This document shows, one piece after another, positions 56,114 to 64,000 of a stretch of 64,000 bases of DNA; position 1 is the stretch's first letter, and the number at the start of each line of letters is the position of its first letter. The notes beneath the pieces were generated by a model. It had not been told where the DNA came from. It saw only the letters and a program-made list of their open reading frames with translations, and searched no databases. The position numbers were made by a program, and so were the translations under genes. Source of the DNA: Clostridia bacterium (GTDB lineage: Bacteria; Bacillota; Clostridia; Monoglobales; Firm-18); the NCBI GenBank assembly GCA_017397315.1, contig JAFQJA010000021.1, forward strand, positions 42,756 through 106,755, given 5' to 3'.

Positions 56114-56163
56114 AGGCATACTCCTTCTACTATAAAATATATTAAATAAGTTTTTATTATGCC

Positions 56164-56192
56164 TTGACTTAAAAAATAAATATTTGTATAAT
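56164..56192 (+). promoter_or_regulatory. tRNA operon promoter (TTGACT-17-TATAAT)
   Basis: TTGACT at 56164-56169 and TATAAT at 56187-56192, 14 nt upstream of tRNA-Thr. Confidence 0.6.
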
Positions 56193-56206
56193 GGTACTAT
56201 GGCAAT

Positions 56207-56282
56207 GCTGGTGTAGCACAGTTGGTAGTGCAGCGCATTCGTAATGCGCAGGTCACGTGTTCGAGTCACGCCACCAGCTCCA
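56207..56282 (+). tRNA. tRNA-Thr (anticodon CGU)
   Basis: Cloverleaf by hand: acceptor GCTGGTG/CACCAGC, anticodon stem GCGCA/TGCGC with loop TTCGTAA, T-loop TTCGAGT, encoded CCA. Confidence 0.9.
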
Positions 56283-56291
56283 TTTTTATTC

Positions 56292-56378
56292 GCACCTGTG
56301 GCGGAATTGGCAGACGCGCATGGTTCAGGTCCATGTGAAAGCAATTTCATGCAGGTTCAAGTCCTGTCAGGTGCACCA
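56292..56378 (+). tRNA. tRNA-Leu (anticodon CAG), long variable arm
   Basis: Acceptor GCACCTG/CAGGTGC, anticodon stem CATGG/CCATG with loop TTCAGGT, variable-arm hairpin TGAAA-GCAA-TTTCA, T-loop TTCAAGT, encoded CCA. Confidence 0.9.
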
Positions 56379-56380
56379 AA

Positions 56381-56418
56381 AAAAATCACTTAGGTCTTTT
56401 TGCCCTAAGTGATTTTTA
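56381..56418 (+). terminator. terminator of the tRNA pair
   Basis: Stem aatcacttagg / cctaagtgatt, followed by ttt. Confidence 0.7.
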
Positions 56419-56431
56419 ATTACCAATAATA

Positions 56432-57370
56432 TTAGTTACATTCTGCAGTTAAAGGACCTGCTAATTCTTCAAGGTAGAACAATCTACCGGGCATTGTCGG
56501 AATAAATGTTGAAGTAATGTGCTTGTCAGGACCATAATGAAGAGTTGTCAAGAAACTCATACCCTGCCACTGCATACCTCTGCCTAAAGCACCATCGCAA
56601 CCTCCTATAATGTAGTCAGCCTGTAAGAACAGACCAGGTCCGATTGTGTTTGCTGTACAAGGAACTAATGTTGTACGGCTTTTGAAACTTGTGATAGCGT
56701 TTTGTTCTATTGTTAAAGGATGAAGTTTTGCACCTATTCTGTAGCACTGTTTCTTCCATTCTTCAACTGTTTCAAACTCTGCACCGAAATGTGGTTCCCA
56801 GAAAGCAATATGACACATTCTGCCAATACCGAACACCAATACAAGTTTTGCTCCCTCTTCTTTTAGTTTTCTTATTTTTTCCGGGTATGTAGGAAGATTC
56901 TCTTTTGTAGCAAAGTTTCTTTGCGCAGGCGGAATAGTGTTTTCTCCCAATTTGTTGAAAAACGCTTCTTTCATACTGTATTCAAATGATGCCTTATCTG
57001 TGTTGGGCAAAGTGTTACCCTCTGCGTCTGCCCACTCGTCCATATTAAATGTATAAACATGGTCGCATTTTACTTTCCATTCTGTCAAGAAATAAACTGC
57101 CCATCTATACATTCCCATAGGACCAACAGGTAAAATCATAGCAAGTTTTTTCCCTTCGTCGCGTGCATTTTTAATCTGCAATGCAATTTCGTGTCCCATT
57201 AATGTGTCAAATTCATAAATATCTTTGCATGAAATGGGGTTAAAATCCTTGTGCCAGAAATCTTCTCTTTTAACACCCATTTCGCAACATTTGTCAATTT
57301 TCGCCATATCCCAGCCCTGGGGGTAGTAGTTTTCCAACAAACTTCCTTTAACTGTGCTCATAAAATCCAT
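56432..57370 (-). CDS. glucosamine-6-phosphate deaminase/isomerase-family (NagB-like) protein
   Basis: LPVGPMGMY...FNMDEW pattern of the NagB/SugarP-isomerase family, with an N-terminal extension. Confidence 0.6.
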   Translation of the reverse strand: MDFMSTVKGSLLENYYPQGWDMAKIDKCCEMGVKREDFWHKDFNPISCKDIYEFDTLMGHEIALQIKNARDEGKKLAMILPVGPMGMYRWAVYFLTEWKVKCDHVYTFNMDEWADAEGNTLPNTDKASFEYSMKEAFFNKLGENTIPPAQRNFATKENLPTYPEKIRKLKEEGAKLVLVFGIGRMCHIAFWEPHFGAEFETVEEWKKQCYRIGAKLHPLTIEQNAITSFKSRTTLVPCTANTIGPGLFLQADYIIGGCDGALGRGMQWQGMSFLTTLHYGPDKHITSTFIPTMPGRLFYLEELAGPLTAECN

Positions 57371-57395
57371 AATAAAATCTCTCCTTCTTTATATT

Positions 57396-58094
57396 TTACG
57401 GTAACAACCGTTTTGTGATAACTTTAGGCCATACCATAGCCTGCCTGAAACCTTCTGCATAATCAACTCCGCATTGTAAGCCTCTGAAGCGTGAACAAGT
57501 GCGTACAAATTCAGCAAAATCAATATGGTCGTGGTCTCTCATCCATTTAAGCTGACTGATATGACATTCAAGCATTTCAAGTTTTAAGTCGATTTCTTCT
57601 GTAATATCTACATATTCTGTAGGAAGAAAATCAACTCCTGCCAATGTATCCATATAGTAAATAGGTGTAACTGCTGCCTTTCTTCCGCCGTTATACTGAG
57701 GAACACTTGCCACAAACGCCGCATCAAATACGAGTTTCGATACCGCTGTATGGTCAGGCATATAATCGTTTGGTGCGTGAGTAATAATAAAATCGGGCTG
57801 AACATCAATAATTAAGTTCGCAATTTTATCACGCTGTGCCAACACTGCAGCATCAACAACCAAATCACCTATATCCATTGTTACTACATCTATTCCTGCT
57901 AACTTCCCTGCATTTTTTGCTTCTTCTGCCCTCATTATACGAAGTTCATCAGAGGGGATTATCTCATGTCCCATATTACCGTTGCATACATGGCACACCG
58001 TAACCTTATCTCCTCGCTTCACGCATTTTGCAAGGGTACCGCAACAAGCAATCTCTATGTCATCAGGATGACATCCTATTGCCAGTACATTCAT
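57396..58094 (-). CDS. PIG-L/LmbE-family N-acetylglucosaminyl deacetylase
   Basis: AIGCHPDDIE motif and the downstream H..PNDYMPDH. SD GAGGTG, 6 nt, then ATG at 58094. Confidence 0.8.
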   Translation of the reverse strand: MNVLAIGCHPDDIEIACCGTLAKCVKRGDKVTVCHVCNGNMGHEIIPSDELRIMRAEEAKNAGKLAGIDVVTMDIGDLVVDAAVLAQRDKIANLIIDVQPDFIITHAPNDYMPDHTAVSKLVFDAAFVASVPQYNGGRKAAVTPIYYMDTLAGVDFLPTEYVDITEEIDLKLEMLECHISQLKWMRDHDHIDFAEFVRTCSRFRGLQCGVDYAEGFRQAMVWPKVITKRLLP

Positions 58095-58364
58095 CTTAAA
58101 CACCTCATTCATAGTTTTTATACCTTAATTATACAATAAACATTTAATTATGTATTTAACATTTTTTATCGTGTTTTTAACATTTTTTCCATATTTGTAT
58201 TAACAAAAACATCATCTATAATGATTATTATTATAAAAACGATACAGAAAAATTTCCATACCGTTTTATGTCCATGTTATACATTATCCCAATATCTGTT
58301 ACCGTTCCGCTCGTTCAAGCGTCTCCATTGCCTGTTAAAATCAACGGATTGTTTTTACGCCAAA

Positions 58365-59186
58365 TTAGTCCTTATATAAAACATATTTTTCAATTACTTT
58401 TGCAGCACCGTCATCGTCATTGGACAAGGCGACAACATCAGCAATTTTCTTTATTTCTTCCGTAGCATTTCCCATGGCGACGCCAAGACCTGCCCACTTA
58501 AGCATTGGAATATCATTTGACGCATCTCCTATTGCCATAGTTTCTTTCTTGCTTACACCCAGTATGTCGGCAATCATAGAAATGCCCATACCTTTGTCCA
58601 TATTTTTTACCCCAACTTCCAGTGCACCGGGAAATGCACTTGTGTGAGAAAAATACTCTTCATCTTTAAACAAATGCTGATATTTGCTTTTATGTTCGTC
58701 ATCACGAAACCATATATTGATTTTTTCTGCCTGTTTTCTTTTTTCTATTTCGGAATACAAGTCAGGCACAACCGTTCTTGTACCTTTTATTATTTCAAGC
58801 AAGTGAGGACGCATTCCTAGTTTTTCCATATTATCGTAATAATAGTTGCTTGTGTATATTTCACCGCAATACACTTCTATGTATGCGTCCAGCGTCAGTG
58901 CAATTTTTAATTTCTCAAGCAATTTTTCTTGATTAGGAAGTACCTTGTATATGATTTCGTTGCTTTCCAAATCATAAATAACAGTCCCGTTTACCGCAAC
59001 CAAATATCTGACAGGCAACTGCGGAAGCACGCTTTTTGTTTCGCACATTGCTCTGCCTGTTACAGGAACCAAATGAACCCTTTTTTGTTTTGCTTTTAAC
59101 AGCACATCGTATGTATAAGGCGTTACACCGCCGTTATGGGACAGCATGGTGCCGTCTAAATCAAAACCTACTAATTTTATGCTCAT
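58365..59186 (-). CDS. Cof-type HAD-IIB phosphatase
   Basis: FDLDGT motif I, ..GDASNDIPM motif IV, and a Cof-type cap. Confidence 0.85.
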   Translation of the reverse strand: MSIKLVGFDLDGTMLSHNGGVTPYTYDVLLKAKQKRVHLVPVTGRAMCETKSVLPQLPVRYLVAVNGTVIYDLESNEIIYKVLPNQEKLLEKLKIALTLDAYIEVYCGEIYTSNYYYDNMEKLGMRPHLLEIIKGTRTVVPDLYSEIEKRKQAEKINIWFRDDEHKSKYQHLFKDEEYFSHTSAFPGALEVGVKNMDKGMGISMIADILGVSKKETMAIGDASNDIPMLKWAGLGVAMGNATEEIKKIADVVALSNDDDGAAKVIEKYVLYKD

Positions 59187-59910
59187 TTTTATAACCCTCT
59201 GTTATATATTTCCTGGCGTTTTGATATTCTTCATCTGTAAGCAATTTCGTACCTTTTAAGGGATAAGGAATGCCCAGAGTTTCGTATTTTGTTTCTCCCA
59301 TCGAATGATACGGCAACACCTCTATAGCACGAACATTTTTAAGTCCGCCCACAAATTTACCAAGCTCATACAAATCTTCTTTTTTATCGGTAATTCCCTT
59401 TATAACAACATGCCTTATCCATACAGGGATATTTTTCTTTTCAAGATATTTTGCAAAAGCCAATATGTTGTTGTTATCCGCCCCGGCTATAGCCTTGTGC
59501 TTTTCACCATCAATATGCTTAACATCCAAAAGAACAAGGTCAACATATTTAATAAGTAAGTCATACTTGCGAGTATCTTCGGGATTAAATGTAATCCCCG
59601 AAGTATCGACACAAGTATGAATCCCTTTTTCTTTTGCCTTCATAAACAGTTCTGTTACAAAGTCTATCTGCAAAAGAGGTTCGCCACCGGTAACGGTTAT
59701 GCCTCCTTTACTGTAAAAACTTTCGTTTTTCATAAACTGCTCTATCAGTTGGTCTGCATCGGTTTTTGTCCCTTTACCAACTTCCCAAGTGTCAGGATTA
59801 TGACAGTAAACGCATCTCAATGGACAGCCCTGCAAAAAAACAACAAATCTGATTCCGGGGCCGTCAACGGCGCCGAAACTTTCTATAGAATGAATATACC
59901 CTTTCATCAA
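59161..59910 (-). CDS. pflA: pyruvate formate-lyase activating enzyme
   Basis: [33 protein letters not shown] (CX3CX2C). Its start overlaps the stop of the 80-aa glycyl-radical ORF. Confidence 0.9.
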   Translation of the reverse strand: MMKGYIHSIESFGAVDGPGIRFVVFLQGCPLRCVYCHNPDTWEVGKGTKTDADQLIEQFMKNESFYSKGGITVTGGEPLLQIDFVTELFMKAKEKGIHTCVDTSGITFNPEDTRKYDLLIKYVDLVLLDVKHIDGEKHKAIAGADNNNILAFAKYLEKKNIPVWIRHVVIKGITDKKEDLYELGKFVGGLKNVRAIEVLPYHSMGETKYETLGIPYPLKGTKLLTDEEYQNARKYITEGYKNEHKISRF

Positions 59911-60149
59911 ATTCTATCGTGGAAGGTTCTTTCGATAACCTCGTCCTGCTGTTCTTTTGTCAACTTAACAAAATTAACTGCGTATCCGCTTACCCGGACA
60001 GTAAGCTGGGGGTATTTTTCAGGATGTTTTTGCGCATCCAAAAGTGTTTCTTTGGTAAAAACATTTACATTTAAATGGTGTCCCCCTTTTTCAACATAGC
60101 CGTCTAAAAGGGCGACCAGATTATCTATCTGACTGTCTTTTGCTTTCAT
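59907..60149 (-). CDS. stand-alone glycyl-radical domain protein (GrcA/YfiD-like, equals the PflB C-terminus)
   Basis: [18 protein letters not shown]...[31 protein letters not shown] matches the C-terminal radical domain of PFL. It has its own SD GGAGGG 8 nt upstream. Confidence 0.85.
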   Translation of the reverse strand: MKAKDSQIDNLVALLDGYVEKGGHHLNVNVFTKETLLDAQKHPEKYPQLTVRVSGYAVNFVKLTKEQQDEVIERTFHDRI

Positions 60150-60163
60150 TGTATTTTCCCTCC

Positions 60164-62269
60164 TTATTCATCATTTGCATCGAGGTCATCAAACAGCGTA
60201 GGTGTAGCACATGAACCGTTTGCACAATCAAAATCTATAATCAAATCCCCAACAAGAATTCTGTCATCTTTCCCAAGTGCACTGGGAACAATCGAAAAGG
60301 TATTTGAAATACCATCCTGCGCATCTCTAAAAGGCAATTTTGAAACTGATGACAAAGAAGCAACCGCACCTTTTGTATCTCGATTGTGCATAGGATTTGC
60401 ACCTGGTGCAAAAGCTTCTCCTTTTTTTCGTCCGTCAGGTGTTGCACCTGTATATTTTCCATAAACCACATTAGAAGTAATGGTCAGAATTGAGGTGGTG
60501 GGTATGCTTTCTCTGTAAGTGTGATTTTTTCTTATATGCTCCATAAATTTATGAACAATATCATAAGCAATAGTGTCAACCCTGTCATCGTCATTTCCGT
60601 ATTTCGGAAAGTCGCCCTCAACTTCGTAATCCACAACTACTCCCTGCTCATTTCTTATTGCTTTTACTTTTGCATATTTAATAGCAGAAAGCGAATCCGC
60701 AACAACCGAAAGTCCGGCAATACCTGTAGCAAACCACCTGACAACATTTTTGTCGTGAAGAGCCATCTGAATTTTCTCATAACAGTACTTGTCGTGCATA
60801 TAATGAATGATATTTAAGGTGTTAACATATACACCTGCTAACCATTCCATCATATTATCATATTTTTCTATTACTTCATCATAATCAAGATACTCTGAAG
60901 TTACGGGACGGTATTTTGGACCAACTTGTTTTCCGGACATTTCATCAACACCGCCGTTAATCGCATAAAGCAAACATTTCGCAAGATTTGCTCTTGCACC
61001 GAAAAATTGCATTTCTTTCCCCAATCTCATTGAAGAAACGCAACAAGCAATCGCGTAATCATCGCCGTGAGTAAATCGCATCAAGTCATCGTTCTCATAT
61101 TGCACGGAAGATGTTTCAATAGAAATCTTTGCACAGTATCTTTTAAAGTTTTCAGGCAATCTTGTTGACCACAAAACCGTAAGATTTGGTTCGGGTGCAG
61201 GGCCTAAATTTATAAGGGTATGCAAATATCTGTACGACATTTTTGTAACCATGTGGCGACCGTCTATAGCAATACCGCCTATTGACTCCGTTACCCACTG
61301 AGGGTCTCCCGAAAACAATTGATTATATTCAGGAGTGCGGGCGAACTTAATCATACGAAGTTTCATAATAAAATGATCAACCATTTCCTGAATTTCTGCT
61401 TCTGTATATACTCCGTTTTCTAAATCGCGTTTTGAATAAATATCTAAAAATGTTGAAGTTCTGCCTAAAGACATTGCGGCACCGTTTTGCTCTTTAACGG
61501 CAGCAAGATAAGCAAAATATAACCACTGAATAGCCTCTTTTGTATCTTTCGCAGGCTTTGAAATATCAAAGCCGTATGACAATGCCATTTCTTTAAGACT
61601 TTCAAGTGCACGGATTTGTTCGGACAACTCTTCCCTTATTCTTATTACATCATAATACATTGCACTTCGGGTTGTTATTTTTTGCTCCTCTTTGTCCTCT
61701 ATAAGCCTGTCAACTCCATAAAGAGCAACTCGTCTGTAATCACCTATAATTCTGCCTCTGCCATAAGCGTCAGGCAATCCTGTTATAATATGGCTTGAAC
61801 GACAAGCTCTCATTTCAGGGGTGTATGCGTCAAAAACACCTGCATTGTGAGTTTTTCTGTGTGTGCTGAAAAATTCTTTAACCTCAGGGTCTATAGTATA
61901 TCCGTTGTCTGCACAAGCTTTTTCCGCCATACGAATTCCGCCATAAGGCATAAGTGCTCTTTTTAAAGGCTTGTCAGTCTGAAAACCGACTATAGTTTCT
62001 TTTGTTTTATCTAAATACGCAGGGGCGTGTGAAGTAATTGTAGAAACAACTTTAGTATCCATATCAAGTACTCCGCCATTCTTGCGTTCTTGCTCAAACA
62101 AATCTAAAACCTTATCCCAAAGGTCAACGGTATTTTGTGTGGACTTTTCAAGAAAACTTTCGTCTCCGTCATATGGAGTATAATTATGTTTTATGAAACT
62201 TCTTACGCTGATTTCAGTTGACCAGGTTCCATTTTTAAAACCGTGCCACTGTTCAAAGTTATACTTCAT
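60164..62269 (-). CDS. pflB: pyruvate formate-lyase catalytic barrel lacking the glycyl-radical domain
   Basis: PFL pattern throughout, including the catalytic IACCVS. Homology ends at ...[10 protein letters not shown] and is followed by a 31-aa unrelated tail and TAA. The ATG at 62269 follows GGAG. Confidence 0.9.
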   Translation of the reverse strand: MKYNFEQWHGFKNGTWSTEISVRSFIKHNYTPYDGDESFLEKSTQNTVDLWDKVLDLFEQERKNGGVLDMDTKVVSTITSHAPAYLDKTKETIVGFQTDKPLKRALMPYGGIRMAEKACADNGYTIDPEVKEFFSTHRKTHNAGVFDAYTPEMRACRSSHIITGLPDAYGRGRIIGDYRRVALYGVDRLIEDKEEQKITTRSAMYYDVIRIREELSEQIRALESLKEMALSYGFDISKPAKDTKEAIQWLYFAYLAAVKEQNGAAMSLGRTSTFLDIYSKRDLENGVYTEAEIQEMVDHFIMKLRMIKFARTPEYNQLFSGDPQWVTESIGGIAIDGRHMVTKMSYRYLHTLINLGPAPEPNLTVLWSTRLPENFKRYCAKISIETSSVQYENDDLMRFTHGDDYAIACCVSSMRLGKEMQFFGARANLAKCLLYAINGGVDEMSGKQVGPKYRPVTSEYLDYDEVIEKYDNMMEWLAGVYVNTLNIIHYMHDKYCYEKIQMALHDKNVVRWFATGIAGLSVVADSLSAIKYAKVKAIRNEQGVVVDYEVEGDFPKYGNDDDRVDTIAYDIVHKFMEHIRKNHTYRESIPTTSILTITSNVVYGKYTGATPDGRKKGEAFAPGANPMHNRDTKGAVASLSSVSKLPFRDAQDGISNTFSIVPSALGKDDRILVGDLIIDFDCANGSCATPTLFDDLDANDE

Positions 62270-62393
62270 AAATTTCTTCTCCTTTTTCAAATAATACCAT
62301 CAATTTTATTTTACCACAAAACAAGAATTCTATCAAGTAAAAACTTGACAATTAATGTCGTTTTATATAGAATAAATTTCAGAAGGTGATTAT

Positions 62394-63020
62394 ATGTTAA
62401 TAGTTGTACGGCACGGGCAAAGTGTTGCAAATCTTACACACAGTTTTGCAGGGCATTGGGACATAGACTTGACCGAGCTTGGCAAAAAGCAGGCACAACT
62501 AAGTGCTGACTATGTGTATAAAAATCATAAAATAGATGGAATTTATGCTAGTGATTTAAAACGCGCGTTTAACACCGCAAAAGTACTCAGTGCCAAACTG
62601 GGATTAACCATAACTCCGATAAAAGAACTTCGTGAGATTTCTGCAGGCGAATGGGAAGAACAGCTTTTCTCCGACATTGCAACAAAGCATCGTGAAGACT
62701 TTTATGTTTGGATGAACGACTTAGACAACAGCCGTGCTACAGGTGGAGAAAGCGTAGCCGAACTCAAAGAGAGAGTTGTAAATGAAATTACAAAATTAGC
62801 AAAAGAAAATATCGGCAAAACAGTTTATGTCGCAACTCACGCCACGCCAATCCGTGCTATCTGTGCACATATAAACGGCAAAAAAATGCAGGAAATTGAT
62901 TGGGTGTCAAATGCATCTTTGACATATATTGACTATATTGACGGCAAACTTCAAATACTTAAATCAGGTTTTGATAAGCATTTACAAAACTTAAAAACGG
63001 AACTGCCCAAAAGATTATAA
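62394..63020 (+). CDS. histidine phosphatase family protein (phosphoglycerate-mutase-like)
   Basis: N-terminal RHG motif (LIVVRHGQS) and the downstream THATPIR (His). Confidence 0.8.
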   Translation: MLIVVRHGQSVANLTHSFAGHWDIDLTELGKKQAQLSADYVYKNHKIDGIYASDLKRAFNTAKVLSAKLGLTITPIKELREISAGEWEEQLFSDIATKHREDFYVWMNDLDNSRATGGESVAELKERVVNEITKLAKENIGKTVYVATHATPIRAICAHINGKKMQEIDWVSNASLTYIDYIDGKLQILKSGFDKHLQNLKTELPKRL

Positions 63021-63041
63021 CACTTTTGGACAGTTCTTTTT

Positions 63042-63725
63042 TTATCTGTTTAATATTAATTTTGTAAGTTCAACAGGTTCTACAATTTCCCCGTTTTTAT
63101 ATACTCTCATATTACCTGATGCAATTTCGTCAATTAAAATAACTTCGTTGTTGTTATAACCGAATTCGAATTTAATATCCCACAAATCAAGACCTATAGT
63201 TTTTAAGTCGTCTGCAACAATTTTTGTGATTTTTAGTGTTTGTTCTTTCATACTTACAAACATTTCTTCACTCATTACGCCAAGTGCTGCAAGACCTTCG
63301 CTTGTAACCAGCGGGTCGCCCTTTTCGTCGTTTTTAAAAGTACATTCAACATAACCACCCGGAAGAGGTGTGCCGTCTTTTATATATTCACCGTATCTGC
63401 GTATAAAACTGCCTGTTGCTACAAGTCTGCAAATAACCTCAAGACCGTTACCGAAAACTTTGCCGGGAAGCACTTCCATAGTAGCCTCGTCAACATTTGA
63501 ACTTACATAATGTGTTTTAATTCCTGCTTTTTTCAATAAATCAAAATAGTATACTGATGTTCTCAAGTTTGCCTTACCAATACCTTCTATTTTTAAACCT
63601 ACTGAATTTTCACCCGGATCAAAAACACCATCTTTGCCTGTGCAGTCGTCTTTAAATTTAAGCATTACATTGCCGTTGTCAAGACTGTAAACATCTTTAG
63701 TTTTTCCTTCGTAAACTTTTTTCAT
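63042..63725 (-). CDS. purC: phosphoribosylaminoimidazole-succinocarboxamide synthase
   Basis: [14 protein letters not shown]-terminus and SAICAR-synthase layout. SD GGGAGG, 7 nt, then ATG at 63725. Confidence 0.9.
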   Translation of the reverse strand: MKKVYEGKTKDVYSLDNGNVMLKFKDDCTGKDGVFDPGENSVGLKIEGIGKANLRTSVYYFDLLKKAGIKTHYVSSNVDEATMEVLPGKVFGNGLEVICRLVATGSFIRRYGEYIKDGTPLPGGYVECTFKNDEKGDPLVTSEGLAALGVMSEEMFVSMKEQTLKITKIVADDLKTIGLDLWDIKFEFGYNNNEVILIDEIASGNMRVYKNGEIVEPVELTKLILNR

Positions 63726-63799
63726 ACTTTTGCCTCCCAAAATTAAATAATACTATAATTAATTTTAACATATTTCAACTAATTTTTCAATACTTGTTA

Positions 63800-64000
63800 A
63801 AAAATATTCTTTCACCTTCTTGAATTTCCGAAATTTTCTCCGATACTCCCCTTGGCTCCTCAAGTTGGACTTGATACCTTTGACATCAGACTTCCAGTCA
63901 TGCTTACAGTTGTGGTTCTCAAATTGCAAAGTTCCCTACTTTGCATTTTGACCACTGCCACATGGTCGCCCTTACTGCATCGTCCACCGGACGCGTTCGG
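63800..64000 (-). other. G+C-rich non-coding island, candidate structured RNA truncated by the window edge
   Basis: It is markedly richer in G+C than its surroundings. It has no SD-led ORF. It contains nested hairpins, e.g. GCAAAGU-AGGGA-ACUUUGC inside GGUCAAAAU...AAUUUGAGAACC. It lies upstream of the purC promoter (TTGAAA-17-TAGTAT at 63750-63778). The strand is uncertain. Confidence 0.25.

Noticed and set aside
56114-56350. N-terminal 79 codons of the 297-aa ORF 55457-56350
   Set aside because: This part is antisense to two well-folded plus-strand tRNA genes and their promoter. A good SD and ATG at 56113 gives a YunB-sized protein.
60150-60166. The pflB/glycyl-radical split as a simple frameshift or nonsense pseudogene
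   Set aside because: The break comes with about 37 inserted codons, a TAA directly abutting a consensus GGAGGG SD, and a correctly spaced ATG. Both reading frames remain intact and PFL-like on either side. It is therefore kept as a finding rather than called a pseudogene. Assembly verification is still needed.
63741-64000. Purine or ZTP (pfl-motif) riboswitch controlling purC
   Set aside because: The conserved cores are not present as I remember them: the purine three-way junction with UAUAAU...CCGACUAUG, and the ZTP GACUGGCG...CCGCCUGGGC. In addition, the purC promoter lies downstream of the G+C-rich region.

Overview
This is an AT-rich, densely coding chromosomal segment. It looks like a spore-forming anaerobic Firmicute of the Clostridia type: it has ricT/yaaT, yunB, spoVD/spoVE-like dcw genes, a clostridial 2x[4Fe-4S] ferredoxin, a reverse rubrerythrin and two glycyl-radical enzymes. 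Layout by region: (1) 0.3-3.9 kb holds a decarboxylase-family gene, darA, holB, ricT and a ferredoxin. (2) 4-9.4 kb holds an XRE regulator plus a secreted stalk-domain protein, an SPFH protein, uppP, argF and a uridine-kinase-like gene. (3) 9.5-24.1 kb, all on the minus strand, holds rhaB and deoR plus a complete glycyl-radical-enzyme microcompartment (GRM) locus. That locus has the GRE, its activase, PduU/T/A/N-type shell proteins, pduS/P/L, a Zn-ADH, a GlcG-like protein, a class II aldolase and eutP. (4) 24.4-34.6 kb is the dcw cluster mraZ-rsmH-ftsL-pbp-murE-murF-mraY-ftsW-murG, with an in-frame TGA in mraY and no murD. (5) 34.6-34.8 kb is a 6S-like RNA with its own promoter. (6) 35-43.6 kb holds cell-wall hydrolase and deacetylase genes, hslO, csp, a methyltransferase, yerC-like, and marR with two ABC exporter genes. 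(7) 43.6-47.5 kb holds an XRE regulator and a sensor-less histidine kinase, divergent from a stalk-domain protein and a VIT-vWA protein. (8) 47.5-64 kb holds gap, malQ, an orphan membrane-anchored PstS-like operon, rubrerythrin, ung, a U32 peptidase, yunB, tRNA-Thr and tRNA-Leu, a NagB-like/PIG-L pair, a HAD phosphatase, a pfl operon, a histidine phosphatase and purC. I saw no CRISPR array, transposase, integrase or phage module. The most unusual observations are these: (a) pyruvate formate-lyase is encoded in two pieces, a barrel ORF and a separate SD-driven 80-aa glycyl-radical ORF; (b) a BMC-H shell gene has two SD-equipped in-frame starts and a Lys/Glu/Ala-rich N-terminal extension; (c) the XRE/HK//stalk/VIT-vWA module; (d) the nonsense codon in essential mraY; (e) two G+C-rich intergenic islands that look like structured RNAs I cannot name. 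All family calls come from motif recognition by eye. No database search was run.
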